DNA of 64,000 bases, taken from NCBI GenBank assembly GCA_031549365.1, contig JAVBPX010000005.1, positions 28,163 to 92,162 on the forward strand, written 5' to 3'. The notes beneath the pieces were generated by a model, which worked only from the letters and a program-made list of their open reading frames with translations, was not told the DNA's origin and did no database searches. Within the stretch, counting starts at the first letter, position 1. Every line of letters begins with the position of its first letter. The DNA is from Alphaproteobacteria bacterium (GTDB taxonomy: Bacteria; Pseudomonadota; Alphaproteobacteria; Rs-D84). Positions 60,432 through 64,000 of this stretch are shown here, in pieces. The translations under genes were made by a program, and so were the position numbers.

Positions 60432-61481
60432 ATGATGGGATTATTAGGTTTTTTAATCGTTTTACCAATTGTGATTTTAATTCATGAATTGGGACATTTT
60501 TTGATGGCGCGTTTATTTGGTGTGAAAGTATTGGCGTTTTCAATTGGGTTTGGGCGTGCGATTTATTCTTGGGTTGATTCCCGTGGAACCGTTTGGAAAT
60601 TGGGCTGGTTGCCGTTTGGGGGATATGTTTCGTTATATGGTCAAGAAGATATGTTTGATCGTGAAAAATATAAAAAATTAAGTCTGAAAGAAAAACGCGG
60701 GCATTATTTATCCGTTGCGGCGTGGAAACAAGCAATAATTATTGGCGCAGGTGTTGTGTTTAATGTTTTATTGGCTTGGGTTTTATTTGTTTGTATTTAT
60801 TCTGCAAAACCGATTGTTCATCAGCCTGGGGTTATTGGGTTTGTAGAAGAACAGTCAATTGCCGAAAAAGCCGGTATTAAGCCTGGGGATCGATTGGATT
60901 ATATAGGAGATGAGTATATTTCAAGTTTTGAAGATATTTTAACATATAAAATGCAAAATGCAGGGCGCGATGTTATTGTTAAAATATCAAATAATGGGAT
61001 AGAGCGCGAAACGGTTTTAAATGCCGATGAGAAATGGGGAATTGGTCCGGATATTTCCAAAGCGCAAGTTGAAAAAAAGAGTGTTGGTAAAGTTTTGTGG
61101 TTAGCAACGTCCGAAGTTGGAAACCAAGCAAAAACATTATTTGTTGTTTTAAAGCAAATTGTTACTGGGGATAGATCAAGTAAGCAATTAGGTAGTTTTT
61201 TAACCATTGCCCAAGTTTCAGGCGATGCGTTATCAGCAGGAGTTTTTGCATTAATGACTTTGGTTGCAGTTTTATGTATTAATTTGGCTGTGATTAATAT
61301 ATTGCCTCTGCCGGTTTTGGATGGAGGCTTTTTGTTGATTTTATTAATTGAGGCAATTACTCGTCGTAAATTAAATGGCAAAGTCATGAATTATATTATG
61401 TTGGGTGGATGGGTGCTGATTGCCGCGGTATTTATAATGACTATGAAGAATGATATATTCCGAGTATTGGGAATCGCATGA
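60432..61481 (+). CDS. rseP: RIP metalloprotease RseP
   Basis: HELGH, PDZ domain, NILPLPVLDGG. Confidence 0.95.
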   Translation: MMGLLGFLIVLPIVILIHELGHFLMARLFGVKVLAFSIGFGRAIYSWVDSRGTVWKLGWLPFGGYVSLYGQEDMFDREKYKKLSLKEKRGHYLSVAAWKQAIIIGAGVVFNVLLAWVLFVCIYSAKPIVHQPGVIGFVEEQSIAEKAGIKPGDRLDYIGDEYISSFEDILTYKMQNAGRDVIVKISNNGIERETVLNADEKWGIGPDISKAQVEKKSVGKVLWLATSEVGNQAKTLFVVLKQIVTGDRSSKQLGSFLTIAQVSGDALSAGVFALMTLVAVLCINLAVINILPLPVLDGGFLLILLIEAITRRKLNGKVMNYIMLGGWVLIAAVFIMTMKNDIFRVLGIA

Positions 61482-61597
61482 GAATCATGAGCCTCTGAAT
61501 AAGTTGCTTTATTTTTCAACCCTTATGTATGTTTGTATGCGCAGCGGGCTTGAAAAATGAGGCAATTCTTTACAATCACATAATTCTGATGCGATTT
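61471..61597 (+). repeat. Long palindromic element (family H) overlapping the rseP stop
   Basis: AATCGCA-TGAGAAT...ATTCTGA-TGCGATT, 111-bp core. Confidence 0.85.
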
Positions 61598-61688
61598 AAT
61601 TTAGGCTTGGTTGGGGTGGATGTTTTTTAGATTTTTTTGATTAAAAAAGAGCTTGCCTAGATTCGGGTATTTGTACTATCATTTCAGT

Positions 61689-63011
61689 ATGAGAAGGATA
61701 ATTCCATTTTTTATTATAGCAATGTACCCGATTTTCGGCGGAGCTGTGTCGGTTTCGTTGCCTGCGGTTTCGTTGGACAAGGAGCCTGTGTCGGCGCGTG
61801 CTCTGTTTGGTGATGCCGAGGATTATTCCAAAAAGCCGGAACCAATTGCAGAAACAAAATCATCGCGTACTGTTGTGTCAAGGTCGGAACCTGTCGAAGT
61901 TGTTGAACGGTTGATGCCAAAAAAAGTATCGTCAGACATTTGGGTTAAGGGCGATGGAATGATTTCGAAAAATAAAAATAGTGACGCAACAAAGTTGGCC
62001 TGGAAAAAAGTTGATATGGGCGGTGTTGAATTGCCAGAAGAATTTTTAGAATTAAATCCAAAACAGGTTTCAAAAAAAGTAGAATCAAAATTAGCATTAA
62101 TTAAACCATCGGGTGTGTCCGATATTACTGTTGCTGCCAGTTTGCCAAAAGTTGGAGTTAGATCTGTTCAAAAGCCGGCGATGGATGATGAAACGCTGTC
62201 TATGATTAAGTCTGCGAAATATGTTGATGCGGCCAACAAGAAAGTTGCTTTTCCGGAAGTTGAGGCGCCGATCAAAACAGTTTCCGCCGCGCCAATTACA
62301 ACAGTGAATGTTGCAACCCCAAGTGTTATTCGTTCAATGAAGCAGGCAAAAGATTCAACAAAGGTCGCAAGTGTTGAAACGCGACCAATTTTAAGTGTGA
62401 TTGAAGATACAAAAGAAAAAGTTTTCGAAAAAAAAGACACAGGGAGTTTGGCGGATTTGTCGCCGAGTCAATTAAAAAAGGCTTTCTATAAAACATATGT
62501 TTCCGAGAATAAACATTTATCCGCGTATGCTGATTTTGATACGGCTAGTTCTATGACCGATGCGTATGAATATGTTGAAACAGAGGGATTTGTTGGACAG
62601 GATGTCATTAGTAGTTCCAGCGCAATTCAGCCGCGCCCGCTGGAAATTAAAATTTCGTTTAAGGATGATGATAGTTCTCTTTCCCGTGAGAATTTTCAGT
62701 TGTTGTCGGAATATGCCGTTATGATGTCGTCGAATCCAAAAAAAGCAATTCAGATTGCAATTAGCGAAGAAGAAACAAAGTCGTATGAGGGTCGCAAATT
62801 GGCAGCCCGTAGATTGGCAATTATTGAACAGGTTTTGCGCGATTCAGGTGTTGCAGAACAGCGTATTATGCCGGTTTTATCGGCCAGGACGGACGATGCA
62901 TTTGTGTTGAGGATTATTTCGCAGGATCAATTTAAAAGCTTGGTTCAGCAGCGCAAAGATATGTTCGGCGATAATGTTTCGAAAAAATCCAGTCGCAGTT
63001 TGTCGTGGTAA
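61689..63011 (+). CDS. Exported protein with low-complexity linker and OmpA-like C-terminal domain
   Basis: Signal peptide; ISF..DSSLS..LAARRLAIIEQVL..GVAEQRI. Confidence 0.55.
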   Translation: MRRIIPFFIIAMYPIFGGAVSVSLPAVSLDKEPVSARALFGDAEDYSKKPEPIAETKSSRTVVSRSEPVEVVERLMPKKVSSDIWVKGDGMISKNKNSDATKLAWKKVDMGGVELPEEFLELNPKQVSKKVESKLALIKPSGVSDITVAASLPKVGVRSVQKPAMDDETLSMIKSAKYVDAANKKVAFPEVEAPIKTVSAAPITTVNVATPSVIRSMKQAKDSTKVASVETRPILSVIEDTKEKVFEKKDTGSLADLSPSQLKKAFYKTYVSENKHLSAYADFDTASSMTDAYEYVETEGFVGQDVISSSSAIQPRPLEIKISFKDDDSSLSRENFQLLSEYAVMMSSNPKKAIQIAISEEETKSYEGRKLAARRLAIIEQVLRDSGVAEQRIMPVLSARTDDAFVLRIISQDQFKSLVQQRKDMFGDNVSKKSSRSLSW

Positions 63012-63727
63012 GATTTTTTAGTGCGGTTTTAGATTTTTTATTTCCACCAGTTTGTCCTGTATGTTCAGAATCTGTTACCAGGCATGGGGCGATGTGTCAT
63101 AATTGTTTTTCAAAAATTCGTTGGATTTCAGATCCAAAATGTTCAAAGTGTGGGTATCCGTTCCCAGCAAATATTGATCGCAACGCAAAACGTTTATTGT
63201 GTCCGGATTGTTTGGTAAATAAATCCAAAATTGATTGGATGAGAGCTGCCACCGTGTATGACGATGGATCCAAGGGGATTATTTTACCGTTCAAGCATGC
63301 TGGAAAAATAAATTTCAAAGGAATGATTTCAAATTCGATGGTTGGATTGTTGAAAGAGTGTCCACATGAAATTGATATTATAGTTCCTGTGCCGTTGGCA
63401 AATGCCAGATTGCGACAGAGAGGATACAATCAATCTGCCATAATTGGGTCGGAAATATCCAAAATGACCGGGATTAAGATGGATGTGCGTACGGTTTCCA
63501 GAACAAAGTGGACGCATGATATGGGGCATTTAAAAGCCAAAGAGCGCAAGAAAAATATTAGTGGTGCGTTTAGAGTTAATAAAGATTTAAAAGGTAAAAA
63601 TGTTTTATTGATTGATGATGTTCGAACAACAGGGGCGACATTAGAAGAGTTAGCCAAAGTTTTGAAAAAAGCAGGAGTCAAAACTGTTTCTGGATTGGTA
63701 TTTGCACGAGTTGTCAGGGATTTTTAG
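63005..63727 (+). CDS. comF: ComF family protein
   Basis: Double zinc ribbon, PVPL..R..RGYNQ, LIDDVRTTGAT. Confidence 0.92.
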   Translation: MVRFFSAVLDFLFPPVCPVCSESVTRHGAMCHNCFSKIRWISDPKCSKCGYPFPANIDRNAKRLLCPDCLVNKSKIDWMRAATVYDDGSKGIILPFKHAGKINFKGMISNSMVGLLKECPHEIDIIVPVPLANARLRQRGYNQSAIIGSEISKMTGIKMDVRTVSRTKWTHDMGHLKAKERKKNISGAFRVNKDLKGKNVLLIDDVRTTGATLEELAKVLKKAGVKTVSGLVFARVVRDF

Positions 63728-63766
63728 TGTGATGTTTTAATATTGTTGATATTGGTGCGGAGTTGT

Positions 63767-63999
63767 GATTCCGAAGGATGACATATTATTTATATTGTTG
63801 AGATTGCCGCGCTGTGCTCGCAATGACAATATTACATTGCTGTCGCAACGTTTGTTTTGCTGGATCCTTTCGGCAAAGCCTCAGGATGACCAAGGGTTTG
63901 GGGTGGTTTAATTGTGGTTATTGTTTTTATTTCCCCCTCTCTATAAAACATGATGATCAAAGATCATATGTTTTATTATCTCTCCCCGTTGGGGCGAGA
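63767..63999. repeat. Cluster of REP-like elements
   Basis: GAGATTGCC..CTCGCAATGAC (63800-63827), CTGGATCC..CAGGATGAC (63860-63890), CCCCTC..GGGGCGAG (63933-63999). Confidence 0.65.
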
Positions 64000-64000
64000 T

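Overview
AT-rich chromosomal window from a small-genome alphaproteobacterium. Markers are GapR, Tim44/TimA, LpxI, CarD, an ELM1-like GT, virB3-virB4 and an alpha-type tRNA-fMet; a gut/host-associated Rs-D84/Rickettsiales-like lineage is an inference. It holds about 55 mostly housekeeping CDS and 9 tRNA genes. The probable replication origin lies at about 42.4-44.0 kb (parAB-rsmG, two parS sites, DnaA-box-like 9-mers, strand-composition switch). The unusual content is non-coding. (1) A ~80-100 bp two-hairpin element with a fixed scaffold and co-varying stems occurs three times, each time between an intact tRNA gene and a duplicated fragment of that same tRNA (Leu, Glu, Ala). (2) A family of at least 9 long palindromes has a 109-111 bp TGA...TGA core and outer stems built from local sequence, often including the upstream stop codon. 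(3) Degenerate antisense copies of tRNA 3' halves lie beyond tRNA terminators. (4) Leaderless leader peptides with cognate codons precede valS and metG. (5) Several smaller REP-like families occur, one of them in frame inside truB. A stand-alone integrase with degenerate catalytic motifs is also present. All alignments were made by eye and no database search was run.
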